Origin: Coprothermobacterota bacterium
Lineage (GTDB): Bacteria; Caldisericota; JANLFM01
Assembly: GCA_026389425.1 (NCBI GenBank)
Contig: JAPLHW010000246.1
Span: 1 to 61,628, forward strand
Length of the DNA: 61,628 nucleotides
Direction of reading: 5' to 3'
Both the position numbers and the translations under genes were made by a program. Positions 16,554 through 26,868 of the stretch are shown here, in pieces. The first letter of the stretch is position 1, and each line of letters begins with the position of its first letter. The notes under the pieces were generated by a model. The model was not told the DNA's origin and did no database searches. It saw nothing but the letters and a program-made list of their open reading frames with translations.

Positions 16554-18533
16554 TTAGAAGAAGGAAAAGCTCCCGGCGATCTGATCGAAGGCTGGATTGA
16601 TGGCGGGGAAAGCATCCAGGCTGATGTCGAAGGTGACCAGGTAACCGCGCGTACCCCGTACAACATAGTACTGGATTTCCTGCAAGGGCTGTCCTTGGAA
16701 GGAAATGGTGAAAATACGCTTGAAAGCCGGTTGCCCACCCAAATTGACGCTCTCCAAAGAAAGACTCTGGTAGTTGTCGTAGAAATTCCTCAAGCGCTCT
16801 TTTTCGATCTTCTCGGCAAATTGTGCAGCAGTCATCGACACCGCCAATTCTTCCACCTTCACGGTTTGATTGGGAAGGTAGTTCTGTATCACCGGGCCGG
16901 TGACGTAAGCCGCCACACCCGGCAAATTACCTTGCTGCCAGCCCTCAGGAAAAGAGAAGGAGAAGCCGAAATCATCGTTACGTAAGGTGTTGCCGGTGGG
17001 AGTGGGGGAGGGAGTGGTGGGAGATGAGGGAGTGAGGGTAGCTGTGGGGGTTTCACTTTTGGGAATGAACCAGTTGTTCACCATTTGCCGGAAGATGCCC
17101 TCCAACTGCGGGTAATTCTTTTCCGGGGCGTAGGCGAAAAAGTAGTATCCAGTTGTGCCGTTCACTGCACAGCCGAGGATGCCTTTATAGCCAGTGGCCA
17201 CAAAGGGAATCATTTTTCCGTTGATGTCGCCGAAAAGGCGGTCTTCCTGGCTGAAAAGGCACCCGGAGAAGCGTCCTTCAGCCCATGCTTCATTCTCTTG
17301 GGCATAGCCGGCTAGGTCTTTCCCAGCGGTGATTTCCTCGTAACCGAAGATGGCTGAATAGGCGAACTTGGTATCCGTCTGGGTAGGGGCGACCAGCCGT
17401 ACCAGCCTATCCCCTGCCCCTGTCTCCCAGTTGGAGGGATACTTGAAGGTGAAGGGAAGGGCGGAATCGGTGTAACTCTGGAAGGAGATGCCCTCAGTAG
17501 AGACGATCACTTCGGCGGTCGCGGAGAGCCCATTGGCCATTGCTTCCACCGTCCCGGCGCCCTCTTTCTCGGCAGTGAAGTTGCCGTTGCCGTCAATCTT
17601 GCCTACCTCTCCGACCAATTGCCACTGAGCAGAGACGGCCACTTCCACGTTGTCCTTGTCGTACCCTTTGATGATGAACTGATAGATCTCTCCCAACTTC
17701 AACTCGATGGAAGGCGGGATCACCTCGATGCGCCGGACCGGGGTGGCTGGGCCATCTCGAACAATAGCAACGGCTGAACCGGAGACCTCTTTGTTGTTGT
17801 ATGTATAACTAGCGATGATCGTTGCGTTTCCTGGTTTGGAAGCCTTGAAAGCGCCATTTTGCTCGATACTACCCTGATTCGGTTCCAAGACCGCCCACTT
17901 AGCTTGGATGGTTATCTCGGTACCGGTGGTATCGACCGCCTTGACTTGGAAGATTTGTTCCTCACCGACAGCTAAATTGGCAGTGGCAGGACTGATCGTG
18001 ATGCGTTCGATGGCCACTCCGGCTTTCACGCTTACCTTGGCAGTGGCTTTCTTCTCCCCATTCTTGCTTTGATAGGTAGCCACGATTTCCCCATCCCCAA
18101 TTTGGCTCGGTTTAAAAATTCCCTTCTCATCGACCGTGCCAAGATTGCTGGGAATCACCAACCAGGTAATCCCTTCAGCGAAGGAAATCTTTGCGTTGTC
18201 TTTGGTGACCCCAATCACCGTGAAGGCTTGTGTAGCGCCTAAATCCATCTGCTTGCCGACTGGGTCCAGCTCGATGCGCACGATCTCGTTGTCAGTAGGA
18301 GGATTGGATGGGCCAACCACCAGGACATAAATCACTACCACCACGGCACAGATCAAGACCAACAGCGCAGCGAAAAGAAGTGGTAAGCGTGAAGCACTAG
18401 GCCCTCTCCGCTTACGAGACGATTGGAGTTTATACCGTCTCTCGCCGAGCCCCGGGCTGATCAAGGGCTCACCGCAATGATTACAAAACGTGCTTCCTTC
18501 CGGGTTCTGGCGTCCGCACTTGGTACAGAACAT
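16554..18533 (-). CDS. zinc-ribbon / TM / Big_2-repeat surface protein
   Basis: N-terminal MFCTKCGRQNPEGSTFCNHCG zinc ribbon, one TM, about three Ig-like (Big_2-type) repeats, Thr/Pro linker, two C-terminal alpha/beta domains. Confidence 0.7.
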   Translation of the reverse strand: MFCTKCGRQNPEGSTFCNHCGEPLISPGLGERRYKLQSSRKRRGPSASRLPLLFAALLVLICAVVVVIYVLVVGPSNPPTDNEIVRIELDPVGKQMDLGATQAFTVIGVTKDNAKISFAEGITWLVIPSNLGTVDEKGIFKPSQIGDGEIVATYQSKNGEKKATAKVSVKAGVAIERITISPATANLAVGEEQIFQVKAVDTTGTEITIQAKWAVLEPNQGSIEQNGAFKASKPGNATIIASYTYNNKEVSGSAVAIVRDGPATPVRRIEVIPPSIELKLGEIYQFIIKGYDKDNVEVAVSAQWQLVGEVGKIDGNGNFTAEKEGAGTVEAMANGLSATAEVIVSTEGISFQSYTDSALPFTFKYPSNWETGAGDRLVRLVAPTQTDTKFAYSAIFGYEEITAGKDLAGYAQENEAWAEGRFSGCLFSQEDRLFGDINGKMIPFVATGYKGILGCAVNGTTGYYFFAYAPEKNYPQLEGIFRQMVNNWFIPKSETPTATLTPSSPTTPSPTPTGNTLRNDDFGFSFSFPEGWQQGNLPGVAAYVTGPVIQNYLPNQTVKVEELAVSMTAAQFAEKIEKERLRNFYDNYQSLSLESVNLGGQPAFKRIFTISFQGQPLQEIQYYVVRGTRGYLVTFDISLDAFPAINPAFDQIAGSFSFF

Positions 18534-18823
18534 TGCTCAGGCCCCCTTCTTGGCGTTTTCCCGCAGAGATCTACCCTTGATGCTCAAACCAGGAAAAATG
18601 ATCCCGGATCGAGACTGACAGTTGACCCACTGCGCCACAGAGCTCGCCCTAATCTTTCGCCATGACCGATCAAGAAGGCTGGCGCTAAGCTTGGGGTTAA
18701 CCCAATGATCTATTGTAGTATATTCCCCGTTGTTTCGCTCAAAGGTCATGTCAACGGCCTCTCGTGTTAGAATAATGCTTACTATTGGAAGTGTATTGTC
18801 GAAGGAGGCAGTCAAGAATAACC

Positions 18824-19630
18824 GTGCTTCACTGGAGTTTGTTATCCATACGGAGTGACCCCGCAAGCCACTTCGCTTGGCTTCGCTTCGCTCGATGGCA
18901 GGCGCTCGATGGCAGGCCTATCCGTGGTCGCCGGAGGCGCCCATGGTTGACCGTGTTTCTCCTAAGCCTGGTCATGCTCTTTGCCTGTGTTCCGAAGGAG
19001 ACGCCCAAAGCTGGCACCATTCTAGGGGTAATCTTCGACAGCCAGAGCAATGAGGTTCTCGGCGATGTCAAGGTTAGCTCAGGCACAACCCTTTTCACCA
19101 CCTCCTCAGAACGGGGGGTGTTTCAGCTGTCCATGCTGCCTTACGGGCAGACGACGCTTTCCTTTGCGAAGGCTCTCTACAAGAGCACTACTCGCACAAT
19201 CACTTTGGTGGAAGAGAAGATATTCGTAGAAGTCCTTCTAGAACGAGATCAAATCTTAGCGACGACCGTAGTGGAGGAGGTGAAGGTGCGTGCTGCTCCG
19301 ATGCAGGCAGGGGAGATTCTCGAGGTTTTGCCGAAAGGAGCACAGGTCGTCCTAACCAAAGAGGAGAACATGGGGTGGTATCGCCTCCAGTTCAACGGAA
19401 AGAATGGCTGGGCTTGGGGCGGTTACCTGCGTTCCTCTGACCTCTCGATTCCCTCGCTGATTGTGATCGAAGACTGTAAGCTGTTACAGCAGCCAGGCGG
19501 CGGAGAAGAAGCAGGAGAAGCCTATGCAGGACTGGGCGTGATACGTCTGGAGAGCAAGGACAATTGGATCCGGGTGATCCTTCCCAGTGGAGTTGAGGGG
19601 TGGCTGGAAGCAAAGCGTACCACCAGCTGA
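18824..19630 (+). CDS. lipoprotein with a CarboxypepD_reg-like domain and two SH3b-like domains
   Basis: Lipobox LFAC after RRRRPWLTVFLLSLVM. GWYRLQFNGKNGWAWGGYL is SH3b-like. Start uncertain: GTG 18824 after GAAGGAGG, or TTG 18947 after GGAGG. Confidence 0.6.
   Translation: MLHWSLLSIRSDPASHFAWLRFARWQALDGRPIRGRRRRPWLTVFLLSLVMLFACVPKETPKAGTILGVIFDSQSNEVLGDVKVSSGTTLFTTSSERGVFQLSMLPYGQTTLSFAKALYKSTTRTITLVEEKIFVEVLLERDQILATTVVEEVKVRAAPMQAGEILEVLPKGAQVVLTKEENMGWYRLQFNGKNGWAWGGYLRSSDLSIPSLIVIEDCKLLQQPGGGEEAGEAYAGLGVIRLESKDNWIRVILPSGVEGWLEAKRTTS
18867..18918 (-). repeat. repeat family C, compound copy (minus strand GGCCTGCCATCGAGCG-CCTGCCATCGAGCGAAGCGAAGCCAAGCGAAGTGGC)
   Basis: The head CCTGCCATCGAGCG is duplicated in tandem, followed by GAAGCGAAG-type tails. 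Lies in the 5' region of the lipoprotein ORF on the opposite strand. Confidence 0.6.
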
Positions 19631-19631
19631 G

Positions 19632-20543
19632 ATGAGCCGAGTTAAGCGCCAAGCCAACAATCTGGTAAAGCGTTGCGGGGACGAAGACCGGCAACTATTG
19701 GCATGCATTGAAACTTTAATTAGAGACGATCCGGTGATCTATTTGGAAGATGTCCAAGTGAAGGTCCGTGAGGGACGAGTGCGCTTGACCGGGAAAGTCG
19801 AAACCGTTTCTTGGAAGGACCGGCTGGAAGCGCTGGTCAGTGAGTTGGAGGGAGTACGTTCGCTGGAAAACGACGTGCGTGTGGAAAAAAAAGTGCGCTT
19901 CAGCGATCGTCAATTGCAAGCACTGATCCAAGAGAAACTTGCCGATGGTGCACCCTACCACAGCGATATCGGCGTCGATTTCCAAGAGGGTACCCTGACT
20001 CTTTCTGGACGGGTGGACACACTTCAACAGAAGATGGAATTGGGCAGTATAGCGAACAGCTTGCCAGGAATCGAGCGAGTGATGAACCGAGTTCGAATCG
20101 GTTACGAATCCCCCCCCGACGATCAGACTCTGAAGAATAAAGTCCTATTAGCGATCTCCGAGTTGGGGCATTCGGAGGTTGAAGACCTTAAAGTGCGGGT
20201 GGTTCGCGGCGTAGTCTCTTTGAAAGGGCAGGTGCAGCACCAGACTGATAAAAAACCTTTGCTCGAAAAAGTGGCAGGCGTGAAGGGAGTTAAGGAGATC
20301 GACGACGCGATCACCTTCGATCACGAGGAGAGGCGCCGGGAGGGTTTGCTGCGACAGATCGAGGTTGCCCTCCTTGAGGACCGTCGTTTGGAGGGCAGCA
20401 GCATCCGCTTCCAGTTGGCGGGCGGAACCCTTTTTCTGGAAGGAATGGTTCCTGCGCGAAGTCACTTCTTGGTGATCGAAGAAATCCTTGGTCACTTTCC
20501 GGAAGTGCACCGGGTTGTCAACGAGCTACACATCCGCCATTAA
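19632..20543 (+). CDS. BON-domain repeat protein (4 BON domains)
   Basis: Four repeats of the pattern V.V.V..G.V.L.G.V......A......GV..V.N. Confidence 0.7.
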   Translation: MSRVKRQANNLVKRCGDEDRQLLACIETLIRDDPVIYLEDVQVKVREGRVRLTGKVETVSWKDRLEALVSELEGVRSLENDVRVEKKVRFSDRQLQALIQEKLADGAPYHSDIGVDFQEGTLTLSGRVDTLQQKMELGSIANSLPGIERVMNRVRIGYESPPDDQTLKNKVLLAISELGHSEVEDLKVRVVRGVVSLKGQVQHQTDKKPLLEKVAGVKGVKEIDDAITFDHEERRREGLLRQIEVALLEDRRLEGSSIRFQLAGGTLFLEGMVPARSHFLVIEEILGHFPEVHRVVNELHIRH

Positions 20544-20637
20544 ATAACACGCTGCCGCGGGCTGATAACTTCGCTGCCGCAGTGATCGGCGTTCCGCTTA
20601 TTTGGCGAGGGAGAAGGGGGAGTGTTACCATCAATGG

Positions 20638-21942
20638 ATGAACCTGCAGGTCTCCCGATATCCTTACCCCGCGCTAGAATCGATCTGGGGCGAGGAAAAT
20701 CAGCTCCAACTGTGGTTGCGTATCGAGCTGGCTGTATGCCTGGCACGGGTGGAGAATGGAGAGATCCCCGACGAAGCCTACCAACGCATCCTCAAGAGGG
20801 CTTCTTTTGGATCGGTTGGGGAGGTGCGGGGCATCGAGGAAAAAACTCAGCACGACTTAGTAGCATTCCTTCAGGCGGTGGAAACCCGCCTCTGTGAGGA
20901 TTTTCGTTTCTTTCACCTCGGGCTGACCTCGCAAGACATCAAGGATACGGGCTTCTCTCTGCAACTGAAAAAATGTGGGGAAATCCTGCAAGGGAATCTT
21001 CTCGGCTTGATCCGCGTCTTGAGGCGGCGAGCCCGCCAGCACAAATACACCTGGATGATCGGCCGTACCCACGGTATCCACGCCGAGCCGATTAGCTTTG
21101 GACTGGTCTTGCTGCGTTACCAAAAGGCTTTCCAGCGGCATCTGCGACGACTGCGTGAAGCCACTGCTGAAGTGAGCGTGGGAAAATTCTCTGGTCCGGT
21201 GGGCACTTACAACCTGGTCAGCCCCCAGACCGCCACTCGCGCCTGCGCTCTCCTCGGTTTGAAACCCGCTCACCGTTGTTCCCAGATCATCCCACGTGAC
21301 CTATACGCCCGTTTCTTTCAGACCCTTGCCCTCATCGCTACCGGAGTGGAGGAGGTGGCGCTTGAGGTTCGTCACTTACAGCGTAGCGAGGTGGGAGAGG
21401 TCTTCGAGCCGTTCACTGAGGGGCAAGTCGGTTCCTCTGCCATGCCCCACAAGCGCAATCCGGTGTTTACCGAGCGACTTTGTGGCTTGGCCCGTATTGT
21501 CCGGGCGGATGCAGGTCCAGCCCTGGAGAACATCCCCAGTTGGCACGAGCGGGATATCAGTCACTCCTCGACCGAGCGCGTAATCGGTCCCCAAAGCACC
21601 GTCCTGCTGGGATACATGCTTCAGACCCTTACCTGGGTAATGGATGGGTTGGAGGTGAATCCCCGACGGATGGCGGAGAATATCGAACTCACCTGCGGTG
21701 CGATCTTCTCCCAACCCCTCCTGTTGGCTTTAGTAGGTCATGGCATGCCACGTTCCGAGGCCAGTCGCCTAGTTCAGAGATTGGCCTTCCAGGCCATTCA
21801 GCAAAAGATCCCTCTTCGCCAATTGCTGGAGAGAGAACCGCAAACCGCCGCATTGCCCCCTGCCGAGGTCGAGAGAATCTTCTGTTTCGATAACTTGCGG
21901 GAGCGTGTGGATTCCATCTTTGCTCCCTCCGGAGAATTGTAA
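20638..21942 (+). CDS. purB: adenylosuccinate lyase
   Basis: Fumarate-lyase signature [12 protein letters not shown]-terminus [18 protein letters not shown]. Confidence 0.9.
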   Translation: MNLQVSRYPYPALESIWGEENQLQLWLRIELAVCLARVENGEIPDEAYQRILKRASFGSVGEVRGIEEKTQHDLVAFLQAVETRLCEDFRFFHLGLTSQDIKDTGFSLQLKKCGEILQGNLLGLIRVLRRRARQHKYTWMIGRTHGIHAEPISFGLVLLRYQKAFQRHLRRLREATAEVSVGKFSGPVGTYNLVSPQTATRACALLGLKPAHRCSQIIPRDLYARFFQTLALIATGVEEVALEVRHLQRSEVGEVFEPFTEGQVGSSAMPHKRNPVFTERLCGLARIVRADAGPALENIPSWHERDISHSSTERVIGPQSTVLLGYMLQTLTWVMDGLEVNPRRMAENIELTCGAIFSQPLLLALVGHGMPRSEASRLVQRLAFQAIQQKIPLRQLLEREPQTAALPPAEVERIFCFDNLRERVDSIFAPSGEL

Positions 21943-21943
21943 A

Positions 21944-23599
21944 GTGTATTACTTGCAAGCACTGGGGGCTTCCCTGCGGGAGGCGCTTCAACATCAATTT
22001 GGTGGAGATGCTGGACCGGTGTCATGGGAGGTAGCCCCGGCTTCCGTACAGGTGACGGGGCGTCATGGCGACTTGACATGCCACTACGCTTTCCATGCGG
22101 CCAAGCTTTTTCACACCAACCCACGAGAGCTGGCCCACGTTCTACGGGCTGCGATCCCACCTTCGCTGGGAGTGTCAACCGAGGTTGCCGGGCCGGGTTT
22201 CCTCAATTTTAGTCTTGAAGCAGCAAGCGCCAAGGCAATTCTTAGCGATGTCTTCCAAAACCCCGCTGGTTACGGTCACTGGCAGCAGAAGCAAGCACGG
22301 CAAGTCAACATGGAGTTTTGCTCAGCTAATCCAACGGGTCCCATCCATCTGGGGAACGCGCGTGGCGCTTGCTTTGGGTCCGTCACTGCCAACTTGTTGG
22401 AAGCGTGTGGACACAAGGTTTCCCGTGAATACTACTTCGATGACTTTGGCACGCAGGTGGACACTTTCGCCTTGTCCCTGCTTGCGCGTTATCGTGAGGC
22501 ACAGGGTCAAGAATCGGTCTTCCCAGAGGGTGGTTACCAGGGGGAGTATGTGCGTGAAATAGGCCAACGGGCTGCCCAGGAACACTTCGAGTGGGCTGGC
22601 CTTCCTTTCCAGGACCTGCTAGTCGAGCTACGGCGCTTCGGCCTGCAGGAGATGGCCCGAGCTCACCGTCAAACTATGGATGGGCTTGGCATTCATTTTG
22701 ACACCTGGTTTTCGCAAAGCTCGTTGGAGCGCGATGGATTCTTACATCGTGCACAAGTTCTACTGGAAGATGCAGGTTTTCTCTATCCGAGGGATGGGGC
22801 GCTCTGGTTTCGTTCCACAGCCTTTGGAGATGACAAAGATCGGGTGGTGATCCGTTCCAACGGTGAGCCTACCTATTTTGCCTGGGACATCGCCTACAAT
22901 TTGCACAAACGAGAGCGTGGTTTTGATTGGATCATCGACGTCTGGGGTCCGGATCACCACGGTTATGTGATGCGCAACAAGGCTGCTTTCCAAGCCCTTG
23001 GTTACGACGCCGACGATTTGACCTTGCTGATTTATCAATTGGTGCGGTGGTTCGAGCAAGGGGAGGAAGTTAAGATGTCCAAGCGCACGGGAGAATTTCT
23101 GACCCTCGATGAAGTTACTGAAGCGATCGGACGAGACGCCGTACTCTTCTTTCTACTTAATCGCAGCCCTGACTCTACCTTGGACTTTAACCTTGATCTA
23201 GCCAGACAGCAATCTCTTTCCAACCCGGTTTTCTACGTTCAGTATGCTTACACGCGCGCTTTCTCGGTGGAAAGAGAAGCGATCCAAAGAGGTTTGGCGA
23301 TCGGCGAAATCGATTTAGAGACCTGTCAGGCTTATGGGCCGGCCGAGCATCGTCTTCTGGCCAAGATCGCTCTTGCCCCGGAGGAGATCGCAACAGCCGC
23401 CTCCAACTTGCTTCCGCATCGTCTGTCTGGTTTCGCCAAAGAGCTGGCCGGGGATTTCCACTCTTTCTACCATGACCACCGCATCCTTGGAGTGGATGCT
23501 TCTTTGCAGCAGGCACGACTCAATCTAGTCTCAGCATTTCGCATTACACTCGGTAATATTTTAACCTTATTGGGGCTGAGCGCCCCGGAGACCATGTAA
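21944..23599 (+). CDS. argS: arginine--tRNA ligase
   Basis: ANPTGPIHLGNARG (HIGH-type) and KMSKRTG (KMSK). GTG 21944 lies 1 nt after the purB stop. Confidence 0.9.
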   Translation: MYYLQALGASLREALQHQFGGDAGPVSWEVAPASVQVTGRHGDLTCHYAFHAAKLFHTNPRELAHVLRAAIPPSLGVSTEVAGPGFLNFSLEAASAKAILSDVFQNPAGYGHWQQKQARQVNMEFCSANPTGPIHLGNARGACFGSVTANLLEACGHKVSREYYFDDFGTQVDTFALSLLARYREAQGQESVFPEGGYQGEYVREIGQRAAQEHFEWAGLPFQDLLVELRRFGLQEMARAHRQTMDGLGIHFDTWFSQSSLERDGFLHRAQVLLEDAGFLYPRDGALWFRSTAFGDDKDRVVIRSNGEPTYFAWDIAYNLHKRERGFDWIIDVWGPDHHGYVMRNKAAFQALGYDADDLTLLIYQLVRWFEQGEEVKMSKRTGEFLTLDEVTEAIGRDAVLFFLLNRSPDSTLDFNLDLARQQSLSNPVFYVQYAYTRAFSVEREAIQRGLAIGEIDLETCQAYGPAEHRLLAKIALAPEEIATAASNLLPHRLSGFAKELAGDFHSFYHDHRILGVDASLQQARLNLVSAFRITLGNILTLLGLSAPETM

Positions 23600-23620
23600 G
23601 CATGAGGAAGGAGAAAAACG

Positions 23621-24658
23621 ATGGCTAAGGGAAATCCGTTTGGGATACATCGTGTGCTGGAGCCGCAAGGAGTGATGCCGCAAGCAGCCAAGAGACTGGA
23701 CAACGATATGGGATCGATCCGCGACAATGAGATTTTGGTGGACGTGGAGCGATTGAACATTGATGCCGCCAGCTTCACTCAGTTGGAAGAAGAAGGCGAG
23801 CACGATACCACCAAAATCGCCGGTTTGATCAAAAAGATCATCAAAGAGCGTGGCAAGATGCATAACCCGGTCACTGGCTCAGGGGGCATGTTCATCGGTA
23901 CCGTGAGGCAGGTGGGCAAGGATCTGGCCAGTCGAGACCTGAAACCTGGCGATAAAATCGCTTCACTGGTCTCTCTCACCCTGACCCCTCTTGCCTTGAA
24001 ACGGATCAAGAAAATCGACCTTGAGAAGGACCAAGTGGAGGTAGAAGCGCAGGCCGTGCTCTTCGAATCAGGAGTCTATGCCAAGTTGCCTGCTGATCTT
24101 CCGGATCGTCTTTGCCTCGCTCTCCTCGACGTGGCAGGCGCCCCAGCCCAAACTGCGCGGCTGGTCAAGCCTGGCGACGCAGTGCTGGTGATTGGCGGTG
24201 GAGGCAAGTCGGGGCTTCTCTGTCTTTACGAAGCCAAGAAGCGGGCAGGGGTGACCGGCCGAGTGATCGGGTTGGGGCACAGCGCCTCCTCCACCGAACG
24301 TATAGGCGAGAGCGGGTTCGCTGACCTGGCTATCCAGGGGGATGCTTTAAAGCCACTGGAAGTGTACGATAAAATACTCGAGGTCATGGGTGGGAAACTG
24401 ATGGACGTAACCATTAACTGCGTCAACATCCCCGGCACTGAAATGGCCTCCATTATGAGCACCCGCGAGGGGGGTATCGTTTACTTTTTCACCATGGCTA
24501 CCAGCTTCACTGCGGCTGCCTTGGGAGCCGAAGGCATCGGCAAGGACGTGAACATGATCATCGGTAACGGTTTTGCCAAGGGACATGATCGGATCGCCTT
24601 GGAGCTGATGCGGGAGAGCCCGAAATTGAGAGCTCTCTTCGAAAGAATGTTCCTCTAA
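23621..24658 (+). CDS. kdd: L-erythro-3,5-diaminohexanoate dehydrogenase
   Basis: 345 aa MDR-like dehydrogenase (GGGGKSGL). N-terminus HRVLEPQGVMPQAAKRLDN...LNIDAASFTQ as remembered for Kdd. Immediately upstream of kamA. Confidence 0.75.
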   Translation: MAKGNPFGIHRVLEPQGVMPQAAKRLDNDMGSIRDNEILVDVERLNIDAASFTQLEEEGEHDTTKIAGLIKKIIKERGKMHNPVTGSGGMFIGTVRQVGKDLASRDLKPGDKIASLVSLTLTPLALKRIKKIDLEKDQVEVEAQAVLFESGVYAKLPADLPDRLCLALLDVAGAPAQTARLVKPGDAVLVIGGGGKSGLLCLYEAKKRAGVTGRVIGLGHSASSTERIGESGFADLAIQGDALKPLEVYDKILEVMGGKLMDVTINCVNIPGTEMASIMSTREGGIVYFFTMATSFTAAALGAEGIGKDVNMIIGNGFAKGHDRIALELMRESPKLRALFERMFL

Positions 24659-24673
24659 GGAAGATAGTAGCCC

Positions 24674-25888
24674 ATGCGAATCTGGAACGAGATCAAGCCT
24701 TGGCGCGATGTGTCTCCGGAAGATTGGGGAGATTGGCGCTGGCAGCTGAAACATCGCCTGACCAAGGTAGACGAATTGAAGGAAGTGATCCATCTCTCCT
24801 TGGCTGAAGAAGAGGGGATACGGCTTGCTTTGAAAAGATTCCGCATGGCCATCACCCCTTACTATGCAGCACTGATGGATCCAGACGATCCCGGCTGCCC
24901 AGTTCGCTTGCAGGCGGTGCCTCAAGCCCAAGAGACGGTTCACGGTCAATTCGACCAGCTTGATCCATTGCACGAGGACGCTGACTCGCCAGTCCCTGGG
25001 TTAACCCACCGTTACCCTGACCGAGTTCTTTTCTTGGTCACCGACCAGTGCGCCATGTACTGCCGATATTGTACCCGCCGCCGTTTCGCTGGTACCTACG
25101 ATCGCTCGCTTTCCAAAGCGGAGATAGATCGCTCATTGGAGTACATCCGCCGGACCCCAGTGGTGCGTGACGTCCTCCTCTCAGGCGGGGATGCCCTCCT
25201 ATTGGAGCAAGAGCTTCTGGAATTCGTCTTGGCTGAACTGAGGAAGATCCCACACGTAGAGATCATCCGCATCGGTTCCAGGGTTCCAGTGACCCTCCCT
25301 CAACGCATCACTGATGATCTGGTGACGATGCTGCGGCGCTACCACCCCCTTTGGTTGAACACGCATTTCAATCACAGTCGAGAGATTACACCGGAATCGA
25401 CTGAAGCCTGTGCTAAGTTGGCGGATGCCGGCATTCCCCTCGGTAACCAGAGCGTATTGTTGCGCGGGATCAACGATTGCCCGACGGTCATGAAGCAGTT
25501 GGTCCATGATCTGCTGAAGATCCGTGTGCGCCCCTACTATGTCTATCAGTGCGACCTCTCGGAAGGGATCAGCCACTTCCGCACCTCAGTGCTGCGGGGA
25601 ATCGAAATGGTGGAAGCCCTTCGGGGTCATACCACCGGTTTGGCTGTTCCGACTTTTGTGGTGGACGCTCCGGGCGGTGGGGGGAAAATCCCAGTCGCAC
25701 CGAACTATGTGCTCTCGATCTCTCCAGAGAATGTTGTCTTGCGGAACTACCAGGGCTTGGTCTATTCCTATCCGGAACCCGAAGCGATGTCCCGTCATGA
25801 TCCGGTGCATTGCCCCACCTGCAGCCGCGATGGATCCCCGCAGAACAGTGTGCTCGATGGCAAGATCGGGCGGAGAGGCGATCATTGA
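24674..25888 (+). CDS. kamA: lysine 2,3-aminomutase (radical SAM)
   Basis: CAMYCRYCTRR cluster motif, VRDVLLSGGDALLL. Confidence 0.9.
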   Translation: MRIWNEIKPWRDVSPEDWGDWRWQLKHRLTKVDELKEVIHLSLAEEEGIRLALKRFRMAITPYYAALMDPDDPGCPVRLQAVPQAQETVHGQFDQLDPLHEDADSPVPGLTHRYPDRVLFLVTDQCAMYCRYCTRRRFAGTYDRSLSKAEIDRSLEYIRRTPVVRDVLLSGGDALLLEQELLEFVLAELRKIPHVEIIRIGSRVPVTLPQRITDDLVTMLRRYHPLWLNTHFNHSREITPESTEACAKLADAGIPLGNQSVLLRGINDCPTVMKQLVHDLLKIRVRPYYVYQCDLSEGISHFRTSVLRGIEMVEALRGHTTGLAVPTFVVDAPGGGGKIPVAPNYVLSISPENVVLRNYQGLVYSYPEPEAMSRHDPVHCPTCSRDGSPQNSVLDGKIGRRGDH

Positions 25889-26868
25889 AACTGCCGGAGT
25901 GCCTTTCCTGGCCTGCCGTGGTGAGCGTAGTGGGGACCGGACGGGGTTCCGGGAAGACGACTGTGGCCAACGCCTTGCTGGAGGCGGGGTTAAAAAATAA
26001 GAGAAGACTCGGTGTGATCCCGGTGGGAAAAGGGGGGCATGCTACCCCGCTGCGCCTGTCCAAGGACACCTTGGTGGCGCTGGCTAAGAATTGTGAGCTG
26101 ACACATCATCTGGAGTTGCGAGAGGAGTTGGAAGCCAACACTCCCTGGGGTGAGGTGCTGATCGGGAGGGCTCGGCAGGCAAACGAGGCTGTCATCGCAG
26201 GCCCAGTTACATTGCATGATACGATTGAAGCTGCGCAGCGCTTGATCGCCGAAGGAGCCGAACTAGTGGTGGTGGATGGTTCCTTTGGTCGCTTATCCGC
26301 GAGCGATTCACACCTTGCACAGTGCTACGTTTTGGCGATGGGCGCCGACCCTGTCGATCGTTGGGTTCGGAAGGAGCAGCAGGAGCGTCTTGGAACCATC
26401 GCTCTGATGCCCAGAGGCCATTGGGTTGTTCCTTCTCCGTCAGCCCCTCAAAAGCGAGGGCAGCCTGCCTTTTGGCAGAAAGACCACTGGGTTTCGATCC
26501 CTGAACTTGACCCAGGACACGCTGGCGCGGGTTATCAAGCTACCGCAGGCTGTCAAGCTGCTAATCTCGCAGCTGCGGAGGTGTTCTATTGGCCCGGCGC
26601 TTTCACCGATCGAACCGCCCAGTTGATAGACCGCTTCCCGTCTCCCTTAGCTCTTCTGCTTGACCAACCTTGGCATCTTCTCTGCTGCCAGGAGCGTTGG
26701 CAGGCGCTGTGGCGGGGAGGATGGTCATTCTTCGCGCGGGAGAAAGCAACTTTAGCTTGGGTAGCAGTCAACCCGCGTGCTTTAGATGGTCATATGGAGA
26801 GCCCGGAGAGGTTGTTGGAGGAAGCACGGATCGCTTTCCAGTCAGTGGAGTGCCAGCAACTGCAGTGA
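25885..26868 (+). CDS. P-loop NTPase of unknown function
   Basis: Walker A GTGRGSGKTT and Walker B-like LVVVDGS. TTG start overlaps the kamA stop (TTGA). Its stop overlaps the next gene's start (GTGA). Confidence 0.6.
   Translation: MKLPECLSWPAVVSVVGTGRGSGKTTVANALLEAGLKNKRRLGVIPVGKGGHATPLRLSKDTLVALAKNCELTHHLELREELEANTPWGEVLIGRARQANEAVIAGPVTLHDTIEAAQRLIAEGAELVVVDGSFGRLSASDSHLAQCYVLAMGADPVDRWVRKEQQERLGTIALMPRGHWVVPSPSAPQKRGQPAFWQKDHWVSIPELDPGHAGAGYQATAGCQAANLAAAEVFYWPGAFTDRTAQLIDRFPSPLALLLDQPWHLLCCQERWQALWRGGWSFFAREKATLAWVAVNPRALDGHMESPERLLEEARIAFQSVECQQLQ

Noticed and set aside
18537-18866. A 109-aa minus-strand ORF (or 70 aa from MTFERNN...) just upstream of the zinc-ribbon/Big_2 gene
   Set aside because: It has no recognisable motif and no convincing RBS. 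Its 3' end contains the RBS of the downstream gene, and the region is relatively AT-rich and promoter-like (TGtTAGAAT on the plus strand at 18765-18773). It is more likely a 5' UTR or divergent promoter region. A small protein cannot be excluded.
20551-20590. Possible decayed copy of the 438/506 REP-like repeat downstream of the BON gene (CGCTGCCGC twice; ACTTCGCTGCCGCAGTG resembles ACTTCACTGCTGATGCCGCACTG)
   Set aside because: The similarity needs several indels and the hairpin is not preserved. I cannot distinguish it from chance by eye.
20602-21942. The long upstream extensions of track ORFs for purB (20602), argS (21905), tsaC (41876), nusA (46149), rnj (56113), ftsK (58034), rbfA (49635) and kce (32534)
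   Set aside because: The family-typical N-termini and RBS positions support internal starts, as given in the features list. The extensions overlap upstream genes.
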